64,000 nucleotides of DNA from Nitrososphaerota archaeon (GCA_038845265.1 JAWBQR010000003.1:72667-136666); one strand, 5' to 3'. Counted from the first letter of the stretch, positions 37,568 to 47,959 are shown. Numbers and translations are program-made. Notes: generated by a model from the letters alone, not told the origin.

Positions 37568-38329
37568 ATGAGGAAAAATCCATTAAAATCTAGGCTTCGA
37601 AATGGTGAGAACGTAATCGGCACCTTCCTCTGCATAAATAGCCCTGCAGTCGTTGAGATCTTTGGGTATGCTGGATTTGACTTCGTCATAATAGACATGG
37701 AGCATGGCCCATTTAACTTTGAAACCGTTGAAAATATGATAAGAGCAGCGGAAGCATCAGGAATCACACCTATAGTTAGGACGCCATCAAGCGAGGAGAC
37801 CTATATCCTCAGGGCTCTAGAATGTGGAGCTGCTGGTGTTCAGGTACCGCATGTAGATGAAGTTGAGACTGCAAAGCAAGTAATTGAGGCAGCAATGTAC
37901 TATCCACGGGGATTGAGAGGAGTCTCACCATATACTAAAGCTGCCCAATACTCAGCCATCGATCCTAAGACACATATGGATACTTCTAATATGGAAGTTA
38001 TGACGATTATACATATAGAGAGTCAAAAAGGCATTAATAATTTGCCGGCAATGCTTGACTCCGCACCGGTAGATGTAGTCTTTTTAGGACCATACGACCT
38101 CTCACAATCACTCGGAATACCAGGAATGGTAGATGATCCTAGGGTAATAGAGAGCATAACAAAAGGACTCAAAATCTGCAGAGAAAAAGGCGTAGCCGTA
38201 GGTACATTCGTGGAGAGCCCGGAAAGAGCTAGGAGATGGATGAATTCAGGAATACAATACATAGCCTACTCGGTCGACATTGGAATATTTATGAGAACAG
38301 CAAAGCAGATAATTCAAAACTTTAAATAA
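37568..38329 (+). CDS. HpcH/HpaI-family 2-keto-3-deoxy-acid aldolase
   Basis: …FDFVIIDMEHGP… and TIM-barrel aldolase conservation, 253 aa. Confidence 0.75.
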   Translation: MRKNPLKSRLRNGENVIGTFLCINSPAVVEIFGYAGFDFVIIDMEHGPFNFETVENMIRAAEASGITPIVRTPSSEETYILRALECGAAGVQVPHVDEVETAKQVIEAAMYYPRGLRGVSPYTKAAQYSAIDPKTHMDTSNMEVMTIIHIESQKGINNLPAMLDSAPVDVVFLGPYDLSQSLGIPGMVDDPRVIESITKGLKICREKGVAVGTFVESPERARRWMNSGIQYIAYSVDIGIFMRTAKQIIQNFK

Positions 38330-38464
38330 AAATTATTTATTTTGAAAACCACTAAAATTAACAGCACGGCAACTTCTTTATTACTCATGAGGTCTGAGTA
38401 AAAATTGAGCAATATACTGTAAGAAAAATTTATCTTTAGGAGAACTATGTAACTAGATAACTCT

Positions 38465-39358
38465 ATGAAGAGAATACCAAAAGAAATGGGTATTTTCAAG
38501 TTTAGTAGAAATAATAAACCCGTTGAATATGTTGATCTAGGAGAAATAGTTGTCTTAGAGCTAGAGGACGCAGTAGGTGGACAGGTGCAAAGCGAAGATA
38601 CTCCCCTAGAAAAACTTGATTGGAATAGAGTTAACAAAGCCACTGGACCCATCTATATTAACGGAGTAAATAAAGGAGACACACTAGTTGTCGACATACT
38701 CAAAATAGAGGTCGCCTCAAAAGGAGTAATTCTAGTTGTTCCCGGTGCAGGCGCATTAGCAAAAAAGAACTTTAAGCCAAGAGCTAAAATAGTCAAGATA
38801 GAAAATGGCTTCGCTTATTTCGACAAGTTTAAACTTCCAGTGAGACCCATGATAGGCACCATTGGTGTCGCTCCTGATGAAGAAGAATATCCCACAGGCA
38901 CTCCATATAAGCATGGTGGAAATCTTGACTGCAAAGAAATTCGCAGTGGAGCGAAGTTGTACTTGCCTGTTTATGTAGACGGCGCATTATTTGCGGCTGG
39001 CGATCTGCACGCATTCCAAGAAGACGGTGAATTATGTGTATCATCTATCGAGGTAGAAGGAAAAGTATTACTGAGATTTAATGTCATAAAAAATATGAGA
39101 CCAGAGTGGCCAATAGTCGAGACACAAGATAACTACTCTATCCTTGTAGCAGATGATGATTTAGATAAAGCAGTAGAAATAGCGACTGAAAAAGCTGTTA
39201 ATGCATTAATGAAAGCTAATAACTGGAGCTTCGAGGAATCATACATGTTCAGCAGCCTAGGAGTAAAAATAGCAGTAAACCAAGTCGTAGATCCTAAAAA
39301 AGGAGTTAGGGCAATGATTCCGAAAGAATTTATATCTATTCAACACCTACTTTCATGA
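38465..39358 (+). CDS. Acetamidase/formamidase (FmdA/AmdA) family protein
   Basis: …TGPIYINGVNKGDTL…, …KHGGNLDCKEI…, …AGDLHAFQEDGE… motifs. Confidence 0.75.
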   Translation: MKRIPKEMGIFKFSRNNKPVEYVDLGEIVVLELEDAVGGQVQSEDTPLEKLDWNRVNKATGPIYINGVNKGDTLVVDILKIEVASKGVILVVPGAGALAKKNFKPRAKIVKIENGFAYFDKFKLPVRPMIGTIGVAPDEEEYPTGTPYKHGGNLDCKEIRSGAKLYLPVYVDGALFAAGDLHAFQEDGELCVSSIEVEGKVLLRFNVIKNMRPEWPIVETQDNYSILVADDDLDKAVEIATEKAVNALMKANNWSFEESYMFSSLGVKIAVNQVVDPKKGVRAMIPKEFISIQHLLS

Positions 39359-39384
39359 TTACCAAATAGGGTGGCAAAATAAGA

Positions 39385-40197
39385 TTGAGGGTAGAACTAA
39401 CGGATGAAGAGATAATCTCCGAAGCCACGGGGATCGTAAAGAAGGCAGAAGAAAAGGGAATAATATTAAGAATACTGGGTGCATTAGCCATTAGGATGCA
39501 CTCTGAGAAACTAAAAGAGCTACATAAGAGACTTAGCAGGCTCGGAGAAAATACAGATAGATCCTTTACCGATATAGATTTAGTTGGATATTCGTCTCAA
39601 AGAGCTGAAATTAGAAATCTAATGGAAAAAGAACTTTCATTTAGCATCTCTAAGCAGTTTCTATTTCTATATGGTAAAGAAAGACTCATCTACTATCATC
39701 CATCAAACCTATATCACGTTGACATATTTTTTGATAAACTCAATTTTAGCCATACGATTCCCTTCGGTAAAAAAGGCAGCGGACGATTAGAGCTTGACAA
39801 CCCAACAATAACGCCTACAGATTTACTTTTAGAAAAATTACAAATTCATCAAATAAATGAAAAAGATATCAAAGACTTAATCATACTTATAAGAGGACAC
39901 GAATTAGGAGATGATGATAATAATAAAATAAATCTACAATATATTTCAAAACTTTTAGGAGATGATTGGGGATTTTGGATGGATGCTACTGAGAATCTTA
40001 AAAAGACTATGAATTATGCTGAAAAATATTTTGAAGAATCTCTAATCACTGAAGGAGACTTAAGAGATGTTTTAGAAAAATGTTCAAAGATTCTTGATCT
40101 TCTGGAAAACTGTCCAAAAACAAAAAATTGGGAAAAAAGGGCGAAGAAGGGAATAAAAGAAAAGTATTGGCAAGATGTTGAAGAACTTTATAGATAA
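39385..40197 (+). CDS. Hypothetical protein, possibly Pol-beta-superfamily nucleotidyltransferase-like
   Basis: …ILRILGALAIRMH…RLGENTDRSFTDIDLVG…HVDIFFD… loosely fits the G[SA]…DxD…D pattern. ~30% GC. Confidence 0.3.
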   Translation: MRVELTDEEIISEATGIVKKAEEKGIILRILGALAIRMHSEKLKELHKRLSRLGENTDRSFTDIDLVGYSSQRAEIRNLMEKELSFSISKQFLFLYGKERLIYYHPSNLYHVDIFFDKLNFSHTIPFGKKGSGRLELDNPTITPTDLLLEKLQIHQINEKDIKDLIILIRGHELGDDDNNKINLQYISKLLGDDWGFWMDATENLKKTMNYAEKYFEESLITEGDLRDVLEKCSKILDLLENCPKTKNWEKRAKKGIKEKYWQDVEELYR

Positions 40198-40201
40198 CTT
40201 A

Positions 40202-41161
40202 TTATCCTGATGTGAAGATATAGTCTTTTACCTTGTTTTTATCAATCTGGATTAGTACACCTCTCAGAATACCTTCATGATATTCGCTTCCAGGATTAAA
40301 ACAAAGCGTCTTATTTATCCTTGAGAAACCTCTAGCTTCATGGACATGTCCGTGCAGTCCAAGTAATGGTCTGAATGTTTCTATGCATTTTCTTACGGCT
40401 CTGCTCCCAACTGGTATTAGCACTAATTGGCCACCAGGACCGACTTTGGGCCTCATATTCTCATTAAGTTCTGGAGCAGAATCTATACCTGAGTCATAAG
40501 GAGGAACATGAATGTTAAATATTACATCAACGCCTGCACTAATATTGCTCATCAATTTAATAATCTTAGACTCAAGTTCTTCCTCAGATATGTCTCTAGG
40601 ACATTTCCATGGTGTAATATTTGAGTAACCTAGGCTTAGCATCTCCAGTTTATCAGAAAGCTGAACGATTTTTTCATTTGGATTAATTATTATGTCGGAG
40701 GAGCTCAATATTGGGTCAATTGCATAGCTATCATCGTTTCCAGGCATGATGTAACATTTCACATTCTTTCCATTTAGTTTCTTCTCAGCATAATTAATCC
40801 ATCCACGCACTGACTCAATTACCAACTCATTAAAAATCTCGTCCATTTTATCTCTATCCTGTACGAGGTTCCCCCAAACCTCCTTAGTAGTAATGTATGG
40901 ATATGAGCCCGAGTCTTTTATTTTCTGAATAGATCTTTCAAGCTCCTCTCTGTTTGTTATTAATTGTTCTTCTTTATCTATTCTAAGTTTGTAGTAGTTT
41001 CCGTAGTCATATATAGGTACTATGAATTTTCCAGTAATGTCTCCACCTAGGATTATGACGTCTGATTTATAGACATCTACAGAATTTATGAATTTCTTGA
41101 AGCATACCTCGCTTCCATGGATATCTGATATAAAAAATATCCTGAGTTTATTGTTTGTCAT
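40202..41161 (-). CDS. Calcineurin-like metallophosphoesterase
   Basis: …FISDIHGS…, …GGDITG…, …GNDD…, …GLHGHVHE… motifs. Confidence 0.8.
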   Translation of the reverse strand: MTNNKLRIFFISDIHGSEVCFKKFINSVDVYKSDVIILGGDITGKFIVPIYDYGNYYKLRIDKEEQLITNREELERSIQKIKDSGSYPYITTKEVWGNLVQDRDKMDEIFNELVIESVRGWINYAEKKLNGKNVKCYIMPGNDDSYAIDPILSSSDIIINPNEKIVQLSDKLEMLSLGYSNITPWKCPRDISEEELESKIIKLMSNISAGVDVIFNIHVPPYDSGIDSAPELNENMRPKVGPGGQLVLIPVGSRAVRKCIETFRPLLGLHGHVHEARGFSRINKTLCFNPGSEYHEGILRGVLIQIDKNKVKDYIFTSG

Positions 41162-41170
41162 TTTTGTGAA

Positions 41171-42733
41171 CTACTCCGGTGGAAGTTCCTTGAACGATAG
41201 TTCGAGAGGTATTCCTGTCTTGCGGTGGTATAGCGAGGATATGAGGTAGATCACGATGCCTATTATGAAAAGCCCGATAGTGAATGCCATTATTGATGGG
41301 TCGAGTTCTCCGACAAATGCTGGCGATATACTTGCGTAGCCTAGGTATATTGATAGTATTATCGCTATGATTGACAATATATGTAAAACATATATCGGTC
41401 CGATTCTTGTCTTGACAATTGATGGAGACCTTTCCCAAATGTCTTTTCTCCTGGAAGGGAACAATAAAGCAGCGATAGAGGTTATTATCTGCATTATCAT
41501 CCATCCGAAGACAATATATGCGAAATATTGTAAAAGCGGAGTCCAGAGCCATAGTGCTTGGAATATTATGGCCACTATTGTTACAAAGATTAAAGCTGCG
41601 TATGGTGTGTGATATCGTACATCGACATTCGACAAAAAAGTCGGTACTACTCTGTCGAAAGCCCATGCAAATACAAATCTTACACCAGAGGCGACGTAAG
41701 TCAATATCGCGGCTAAGACCATCGCTCCCCATCCAATCATCATTATTGTAAAGACTCTGGGATCGACAGAGTACTGGAATAACCACATAAAGAAGGGTTC
41801 CCTCGCTAGTGGATAGTTGCTGCTTCCAATTGCATAGAGGTAGGACAATGCGCCAAGAAACTCTCCACCCATTCCAACGTATGAAACTTCGTATGCTAAC
41901 CAGTCAATAAATCCGAAGAGCAATACCGCTCCGACTATGGCAATTATCTGAGACTTCTGAACCTCTTTAATCTCTCCAGCGAGATATATTGAAAAATTGA
42001 ATCCAAGGAAGTTGATGTATGTAAATGTTAACCCAAGTAGAGTTGCTGATAACAAGAATGTGCCTGGATAACCCTCTTTTACGGCTTCACTGATTATAGA
42101 TTCATAAGAAACACCGGTGGCCTTGGTGAAATTTTCTGCAAAGCCTGCTTTACCAATCATGAGTAGCCCTGCTACATAGACGACTAAGCCTATCAAGACC
42201 AGTATGAAGAACGCCCATAAAACTTTAGTTGTAGCTTTCGCCCCTCTAGAAATTATCAATGCACATATCAAATAGTAGATGACCGCAAAGATGAATGTAA
42301 ATTCGTTTGATGAAACGAGAGCCGCTAAGTCTGTCATGCCGTTGACCTCAAAAATCGGTGCCAATGTATATTGAGTAAACCAAGGAATGTATGCGCCAGC
42401 AACACTCAATACCGTCATGAATAGAAAGAAGTTAATGGCGTAGCCCAATGAGGGATGAAGTATCCTGCTGACCCATATGTAGTCTCCTCCTGCTCTAGGC
42501 ATAGCTATCGAGAATAATGCGTAGAATAATCCAATGACCAAGCTTATGGGTATAGCTAGTAGTGCGGTGGCGGGGAGATGTGCGCCTGGATATATTACAG
42601 AGGCCCATACGCCGTATACCAAGATTGCCATAGGCGCCATGACCATAATGTTAAAAATCATGGCATCGAATGCAGAGATGTTTCGTATAAGCCCTGACGC
42701 CCTCCTTACGTAAACATCCCTACTCATTCCCAA
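41171..42733 (-). CDS. APC-superfamily amino acid/polyamine permease
   Basis: 520 aa, 12-13 TM, APC-type N-terminal region. Confidence 0.7.
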   Translation of the reverse strand: MGMSRDVYVRRASGLIRNISAFDAMIFNIMVMAPMAILVYGVWASVIYPGAHLPATALLAIPISLVIGLFYALFSIAMPRAGGDYIWVSRILHPSLGYAINFFLFMTVLSVAGAYIPWFTQYTLAPIFEVNGMTDLAALVSSNEFTFIFAVIYYLICALIISRGAKATTKVLWAFFILVLIGLVVYVAGLLMIGKAGFAENFTKATGVSYESIISEAVKEGYPGTFLLSATLLGLTFTYINFLGFNFSIYLAGEIKEVQKSQIIAIVGAVLLFGFIDWLAYEVSYVGMGGEFLGALSYLYAIGSSNYPLAREPFFMWLFQYSVDPRVFTIMMIGWGAMVLAAILTYVASGVRFVFAWAFDRVVPTFLSNVDVRYHTPYAALIFVTIVAIIFQALWLWTPLLQYFAYIVFGWMIMQIITSIAALLFPSRRKDIWERSPSIVKTRIGPIYVLHILSIIAIILSIYLGYASISPAFVGELDPSIMAFTIGLFIIGIVIYLISSLYHRKTGIPLELSFKELPPE

Positions 42734-42812
42734 TTACATCTCCTTTTGGATATTTTTCAATCTTTTGCAATTTTTAAAATAAATTTATTGTATAAAAACT
42801 TTACTATTGATT

Positions 42813-44084
42813 CTATTTCTCATGATAAATCCAGCCTTCCATCTTTTCCCATTCCCAATGATAACTGGTCGGAACAGCATAGCCATAGACTATGCATCCC
42901 CGCCATACGGCATACTGTGGTTCTGCTGATAACTTTACGTTGACGTTCTCTAATCCTTTATTTCTCAACATGTATTGAAGTTTTGTTTGTGAATCTACTG
43001 TAATTCCTTTGAGTAAGGATAAAGGTTTCCACATAAAGTTACCGCCCGACAAAATTATATGTGCATATAAGTGGGGCTGTAACTCCACTGGGCACCTCTC
43101 TACAGCCCTTATTATTGTCTCAGCCATGTCTAAGGTTCCATAGAAAGTAATATCTCCTATCCTAGTGTCAGATGGTCTCGGCATGCCCCTCTTAAAGTAG
43201 CTCTGAAAGACCTCATGGTTGGGATTGAAAACATACTCTCCTATCAAGAAACGAGTCCATGAATACTCAGCCAAGTCAATCTTAATTCTCGTTCCCGGCA
43301 CTTGGTAGACCGCTCGGACCTGTTCAGGGTTACGCTTGGCGTAATTGATAGCCTCGTCAAGCTCGAGGGGGAGTAGCCCGATGTTTTCCTTAACTTTTCT
43401 GACTAGATTCTCTTCTCTTGCGAGGTCACCATACCCTGCATCTTTTAGTATCTCTGCAGTAATTGCATTTGCCTCACTTCCACCTCTATTCAAGGCAACT
43501 ATGGCGTCTCTAATAGGCGCCCTAGATATTGGTGCGACCTGCGTATTCCCATGGCCGCTTTCGACGACGACACAAGATAGCTCTTTATGAGCTATCGCAA
43601 CAGCTAATGGCTGAGGTATAATTGTTGATGCATAGACCAGTTTACTTTCCTTAGCTATGCTATCGTATATGTTTATTAAATTTTCATACATATATCGAGG
43701 AGCTACGGCAGATAATGATGCAACAAGATAAAATCCTTTAAAGCCAAAACCACTAGGTTTAAACTCCTCAAGTGCAAACATGGTTAATTCCTTAATAATT
43801 CTCCATGCGTTCTGATCGCCTTTTGGTATTACTCCATCCCTCATTGGATATATTAATCTCGATGAAAGATCAGCCCCACTTTCAAGAAAATACGATACTT
43901 CTTTTCCTACTACTATGTCTTTTTCGACACCCAAAATCTTAGATACCATTGACTTCTCTGGGAGATATCCACGATTCTCAATAATTGCGGGCCTCTCACC
44001 TAAAGTAATCGGTCCATATTTATAATCACTAGTTCCATAATCACTACCAAATACGAACCTGCGCTTGTAATCCTCCTCAAACAA
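42813..44084 (-). CDS. cren-1: Crenactin (archaeal actin homologue)
   Basis: Actin-fold motifs: phosphate-1 …FVFGSDYGTSDYKYG…, phosphate-2 …VVVESGHGNTQVAPI…, adenosine …ILSGGNFMWKPL…. 423 aa, as in Pyrobaculum/Thermofilum crenactins. Confidence 0.8.
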   Translation of the reverse strand: MFEEDYKRRFVFGSDYGTSDYKYGPITLGERPAIIENRGYLPEKSMVSKILGVEKDIVVGKEVSYFLESGADLSSRLIYPMRDGVIPKGDQNAWRIIKELTMFALEEFKPSGFGFKGFYLVASLSAVAPRYMYENLINIYDSIAKESKLVYASTIIPQPLAVAIAHKELSCVVVESGHGNTQVAPISRAPIRDAIVALNRGGSEANAITAEILKDAGYGDLAREENLVRKVKENIGLLPLELDEAINYAKRNPEQVRAVYQVPGTRIKIDLAEYSWTRFLIGEYVFNPNHEVFQSYFKRGMPRPSDTRIGDITFYGTLDMAETIIRAVERCPVELQPHLYAHIILSGGNFMWKPLSLLKGITVDSQTKLQYMLRNKGLENVNVKLSAEPQYAVWRGCIVYGYAVPTSYHWEWEKMEGWIYHEK

Positions 44085-44119
44085 TCCTACTAGAGAGTCG
44101 AGAACACGTAATTATTAAG

Positions 44120-44797
44120 TTAAGTCTTCTCGGAGAGTAAGTCAACCCATGGATTTTCTGCAATAAAGGACGGCAGATTATCAGTCTTGCTCTTCTTAAC
44201 TTTCTGTTCACTTCTTTTTTGATATATTTCTATTTTCGGCTTCTCTGAATTACTTGTCTCAACTGTTTTAATGTCGATGTGATTCATCTTTTCATAAACG
44301 ACCTGCTCTAAGAATTCTAATCTCCTATTTAATTCATCAATCATGCTTAGACTACTAATTAATTCTTCAACTCTTTCCAATCTTGAGGATAAAGAATCGA
44401 TCAATGTCTCTATTTTTTCGAGTTCATTTATATTACCCTGAGTTTCGCCGAATGAAACTATACTGCCGCCCACAAGCTCAGTTATCTTTTGATCGCTATA
44501 AACAATGAGCCCTATTTTATGAAGTCTAAAAGCATGGTCTCCAATTCTCGATAGTAGTTGCATCGGTAATGCGACATATGCGATCTTTCCCGAAGCGGCA
44601 TCAAATGCCGATTGAATTACTGCGGAGAGTAAATCTCCTCCATTGGCTTCTTCATCAACAATACGGATGATTGCCTCTATACCACCATTACTAAACCTAA
44701 TAATATTTTCAGAGAAATCTTTTTCTAAAATTCTGTATCCTTGTTTAGATATGTAACTAGCAATTTTGTCTAACGTATCCTTTCTCGTTACGTGCAA
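44120..44797 (-). CDS. Hypothetical protein with coiled-coil C-terminus immediately upstream of crenactin (possible arcadin-like partner)
   Basis: 225 aa. Globular N-terminal domain plus heptad-rich C-terminal half (…LEKIETLIDSLSSRLERVEELISSLSMIDELNRRLEFLEQ…). Probably co-transcribed with crenactin. Confidence 0.35.
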   Translation of the reverse strand: MHVTRKDTLDKIASYISKQGYRILEKDFSENIIRFSNGGIEAIIRIVDEEANGGDLLSAVIQSAFDAASGKIAYVALPMQLLSRIGDHAFRLHKIGLIVYSDQKITELVGGSIVSFGETQGNINELEKIETLIDSLSSRLERVEELISSLSMIDELNRRLEFLEQVVYEKMNHIDIKTVETSNSEKPKIEIYQKRSEQKVKKSKTDNLPSFIAENPWVDLLSEKT

Positions 44798-44878
44798 TTG
44801 CCACTGATAATAATTCTTGGTCTCGGATATAAATAATCTCTGCCTTTTATAGCTGCTAATTTATTAGACAATCCATGA

Positions 44879-45367
44879 ATGGATTTATCCATGATATCCC
44901 TCGATGTTGTAGGATATGTAAGAGTAAATTACACCGATGAATATGTAAAAGAACATTCAGGTGAAGTTGAAGGAATCGTCGAAGTATTGCCTAAATTTAC
45001 TGATGCACTTGAAGGAATCGAAGAATATTCACATATTTTTCTAATATCTTATCTACATAAACAAGCAGATGCTTCTAGGAATGTTTTGAAGGTTAGACCT
45101 AGAAGGCTCCTGAGAATGGGGTTAGAATTTAAGGATCTACCGATTGTAGGAGTATTTGCAACGGATTCGCCCACCCGCCCTAACCCGGTAGGATTAACAT
45201 TAGTCAAACTGCTGGGTAGGAAAGAGAATTTACTTCATGTATGGGGATTAGATCTTTTTAATGAGACTCCCATCATAGATATTAAACCGTATTCGAGTAG
45301 TTACAGGGCAAGTGAATATAAAGTGCCACTCTGGGCCTCAAAGTTTGATGAGCGTAAACCGATTTAG
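44879..45367 (+). CDS. TsaA/TrmO-like (YaeB family) tRNA methyltransferase
   Basis: …RPNPVGLTLVKLL… signature, 162 aa. Confidence 0.75.
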   Translation: MDLSMISLDVVGYVRVNYTDEYVKEHSGEVEGIVEVLPKFTDALEGIEEYSHIFLISYLHKQADASRNVLKVRPRRLLRMGLEFKDLPIVGVFATDSPTRPNPVGLTLVKLLGRKENLLHVWGLDLFNETPIIDIKPYSSSYRASEYKVPLWASKFDERKPI

Positions 45368-45371
45368 TAGT

Positions 45372-46229
45372 TTATAGTGCACGTATTACCAAATATATGC
45401 CGACGAGAACAACTGCGGCTCCAAGAATAAAAGGAGGAGCCGGGATCTCATTTAAGATAATAAATGCTAATACAGTGGCTGTTAATGGTTCTAGGAGAGT
45501 AAGTATAGAAGTCTGATAAGGTCTAAGAGCCTTCATTGATGAAAAATGTAAAGTATGACCAATCGTTGTTGGAAAGATCGATAAGCCGATCAAAGGTGCC
45601 CACTGATCAAGAGTAGGAAACATGAATACTCCAGAAATCAACGATAGGATCATTAACGCAATACAGCCTATGAAGTATATGACGGGCATTATCGATAATA
45701 CGTCACTTTTCTCCCTGATCGGCTTACCGACCACGAGATAAATGGCCCATAAAATGGCCGCTGACAAGGATAAGAAATCACCTATAATGTTAGATAATGA
45801 GAACTTAATATCGAGAGCCGAAATTATAAAAATACCAGTCATACTCATCAATAATCCAAAAGTCGCAATATTTGACGGTCTCTCTCTATTTCTGATACAA
45901 TAAATGATCAAAGCTATGGCAGGCGTTGTGTTAACTAGTACAGTCGCATTAATCACAGTAGTAACTTTGACAGAGTATATAAACATTGCAAAGTGAATTC
46001 CTAAAAGTAGACCCAAAATACCTACTCTCCATGGCGAAACACCTTGTAAGGCAACTTTTTTCCTCTTTAGAAGTAGGTTAGCTAGTAGCAGGATAGATGA
46101 GGCAATAAGTAACCTGTAAAAACCTATCGTGATGGCATCCAATCCACTTATGAATCTTATAAAAATTGAGGCAGTTCCAAAAAAGAATCCAGCCATTAAT
46201 GCTTGAACTACGTAAATTTTGTTTTGCAT
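45372..46229 (-). CDS. DMT-superfamily (EamA-like) transporter
   Basis: 10-TM protein with duplicated EamA halves. Confidence 0.65.
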   Translation of the reverse strand: MQNKIYVVQALMAGFFFGTASIFIRFISGLDAITIGFYRLLIASSILLLANLLLKRKKVALQGVSPWRVGILGLLLGIHFAMFIYSVKVTTVINATVLVNTTPAIALIIYCIRNRERPSNIATFGLLMSMTGIFIISALDIKFSLSNIIGDFLSLSAAILWAIYLVVGKPIREKSDVLSIMPVIYFIGCIALMILSLISGVFMFPTLDQWAPLIGLSIFPTTIGHTLHFSSMKALRPYQTSILTLLEPLTATVLAFIILNEIPAPPFILGAAVVLVGIYLVIRAL

Positions 46230-46532
46230 CTACAAGTCGAGAATACCGTAATACAATTATTTATGAATATTTTCGGTTAAGTGGTACTCAAGATATGTTA
46301 ATAGAATTTTTATACTATGACGGATAATTTCTAAAGAGCAGTGCATGCATTATTTTTAGAAATATTCGCAGTTTTCGGCCTAGTACTCTCTTTGAAATAT
46401 AACTGCATTCTTTACAAATGAAGTATAGTCCTCCCTTTAAGGAGCCCAACTTAACTATCGCTAAGTGAAGAAAATCTTGATTTTCTTAGCTTTAATAAAT
46501 TTTTAATGTTTTAAAAACTAACAATAGTTTTA

Positions 46533-46604
46533 TGGACCGGGCGGGATTCGAACCCGCGGCCTCCCGCACGCCAAGCGGGCGATCTACCACTGATCTACCG
46601 GCCC
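46533..46604 (-). tRNA. tRNA-Ala (anticodon GGC), no encoded CCA
   Basis: Reverse complement: GGGCCGG acceptor with G3:U70 wobble (Ala identity), anticodon loop TTGGCGT, T-arm GGGTTCGAATCCC. Confidence 0.85.
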
Positions 46605-46628
46605 ATTCATCGATATTTTCTTAGTCCC

Positions 46629-46636
46629 TTATTTAA
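46629..46636 (-). promoter_or_regulatory. TATA-like box (TTAAATAA) about 25-32 nt upstream of tRNA-Ala
   Basis: Spacing and A/T composition typical of an archaeal promoter. Confidence 0.4.
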
Positions 46637-46696
46637 TCATTGCTCAACCAAAAAATGCTTATCTATATACTAAATTGTTAAGTTAATAGAGTTGCA

Positions 46697-46996
46697 TTGA
46701 GTATACCTATTCTGACCGGCGAAGAACTGTTAGTGAATTTTATTTTATTTATAGCGGGCTTTTTGGTTGGGTTAGGGATAGGAAAGCTCCTAAAGGGCTT
46801 CCTACTCATCATTGCTGGGTTAGCAATATTGATATTAGGGGGTTTCACAATTGCAGGAATAATTAATCTCGAAGAACTCTGGAACCTGTTTGGGCCACTG
46901 AAAACAATGGTTGCAAATGCCGCAGGCATGTTGGCGAGGTATCCTGCACTATCGTTCGGATTGATTATAGGAACTGTTATAGGAGCCATAAAGTGA
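46697..46996 (+). CDS. Small 3-TM membrane protein (99 aa)
   Basis: Three clear hydrophobic helices. Preferred over the overlapping minus-strand ORF 46678..46989. Confidence 0.4.
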   Translation: MSIPILTGEELLVNFILFIAGFLVGLGIGKLLKGFLLIIAGLAILILGGFTIAGIINLEELWNLFGPLKTMVANAAGMLARYPALSFGLIIGTVIGAIK

Positions 46997-47080
46997 CTTA
47001 TTTTTATGCTACGTATCTTACGTAATTTGTTGAAAAAATAAGTATTTTTGAATGGGCGTAGAGGGATTTATGGGTACTAA

Positions 47081-47959
47081 ATGAGCGTAATGCACGATGA
47101 ATTTGTAAAATTACCTGTCCATATTACTGGTTTCTTCAAGCCCTACTACTCAGATGACCCCACAACTACTGGATCGGTAGGTGCAGGGCTAATACTTACT
47201 CCTGGCATAGAATTCCGATTTCGACGTGGAAATGGGAAAGTTATGTTTAATGGCGAATATTGCAAGATAAGGCCTGCTCTTAATCTTTCGACGAAGCTCA
47301 AAGAAGCATTTGTAGAAATATTTACGTCATTAAAACCCGGTGTTGGCTATGCAATCAGCGCCGCATCAACACTAGCCGTAGCTTTATCATATGCGTGGCT
47401 GTCAGGCACTTCAGTAAGAAAACTTGCCATGGATGCACATATTTCAGAAGTCGAACATAGGACGGGGCTGGGCGATGTTATTTCAATTTTAGAAGGAAGT
47501 GGTTTAGTTGTCAGGGAGAAACCCGGTGGGCCAGGCATCGGAAAGACGAGAAGCTACGAGAGGGCAGTGAACATGACAGTAGTAACTACTGACCTTGGTT
47601 CAATGGAGACAGAAATAATGTTGAGCACCATAAATTACCGCCTCCAAACGTATGGAGAAATGGCAATGCGAATCTTCGAGGCACAGCCCTCACTAGAGGG
47701 GTTCTTAGAGGCATCTAGTTGGTTCTCCGAGAAAGTCGGCTTTATGACCCCTGAAATAAGTGAGCTACTCAAGCCGATCAAGCATATGATTATTGGATCA
47801 TATATTAAAAAGAAAGTCTTATTAGTTGTACCCGAACCCGACCTTGTCTATGAAGTAAAAGAATACTTGAAATCAGTATTCGGACATGCTAGAATCTTCA
47901 GGATAGGTGATAATAGTTGGATGAAATCCCTAGAACTCATCCAAGGTATCATTCACTAA
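47081..47959 (+). CDS. Pantoate kinase (archaeal CoA pathway, GHMP kinase family)
   Basis: GHMP motif …PGVGYAISAASTLAVAL…. First gene of a PoK-PPS-PanB-PanE run. Confidence 0.7.
   Translation: MSVMHDEFVKLPVHITGFFKPYYSDDPTTTGSVGAGLILTPGIEFRFRRGNGKVMFNGEYCKIRPALNLSTKLKEAFVEIFTSLKPGVGYAISAASTLAVALSYAWLSGTSVRKLAMDAHISEVEHRTGLGDVISILEGSGLVVREKPGGPGIGKTRSYERAVNMTVVTTDLGSMETEIMLSTINYRLQTYGEMAMRIFEAQPSLEGFLEASSWFSEKVGFMTPEISELLKPIKHMIIGSYIKKKVLLVVPEPDLVYEVKEYLKSVFGHARIFRIGDNSWMKSLELIQGIIH

Noticed and set aside
41148-41786. 212-aa minus-strand ORF overlapping the 3' end of the APC permease gene
   Set aside because: It is an alternative frame of the permease, with Cys/His/Arg-rich low-complexity translation. 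The permease reading is clearly the real one.
46678-46989. 103-aa minus-strand ORF overlapping the small membrane ORF 46697..46996
   Set aside because: The plus-strand reading gives three clean TM helices, while the minus-strand product is proline-, asparagine- and isoleucine-rich without structure. Only one of the two can be real, and the plus strand is preferred, weakly.
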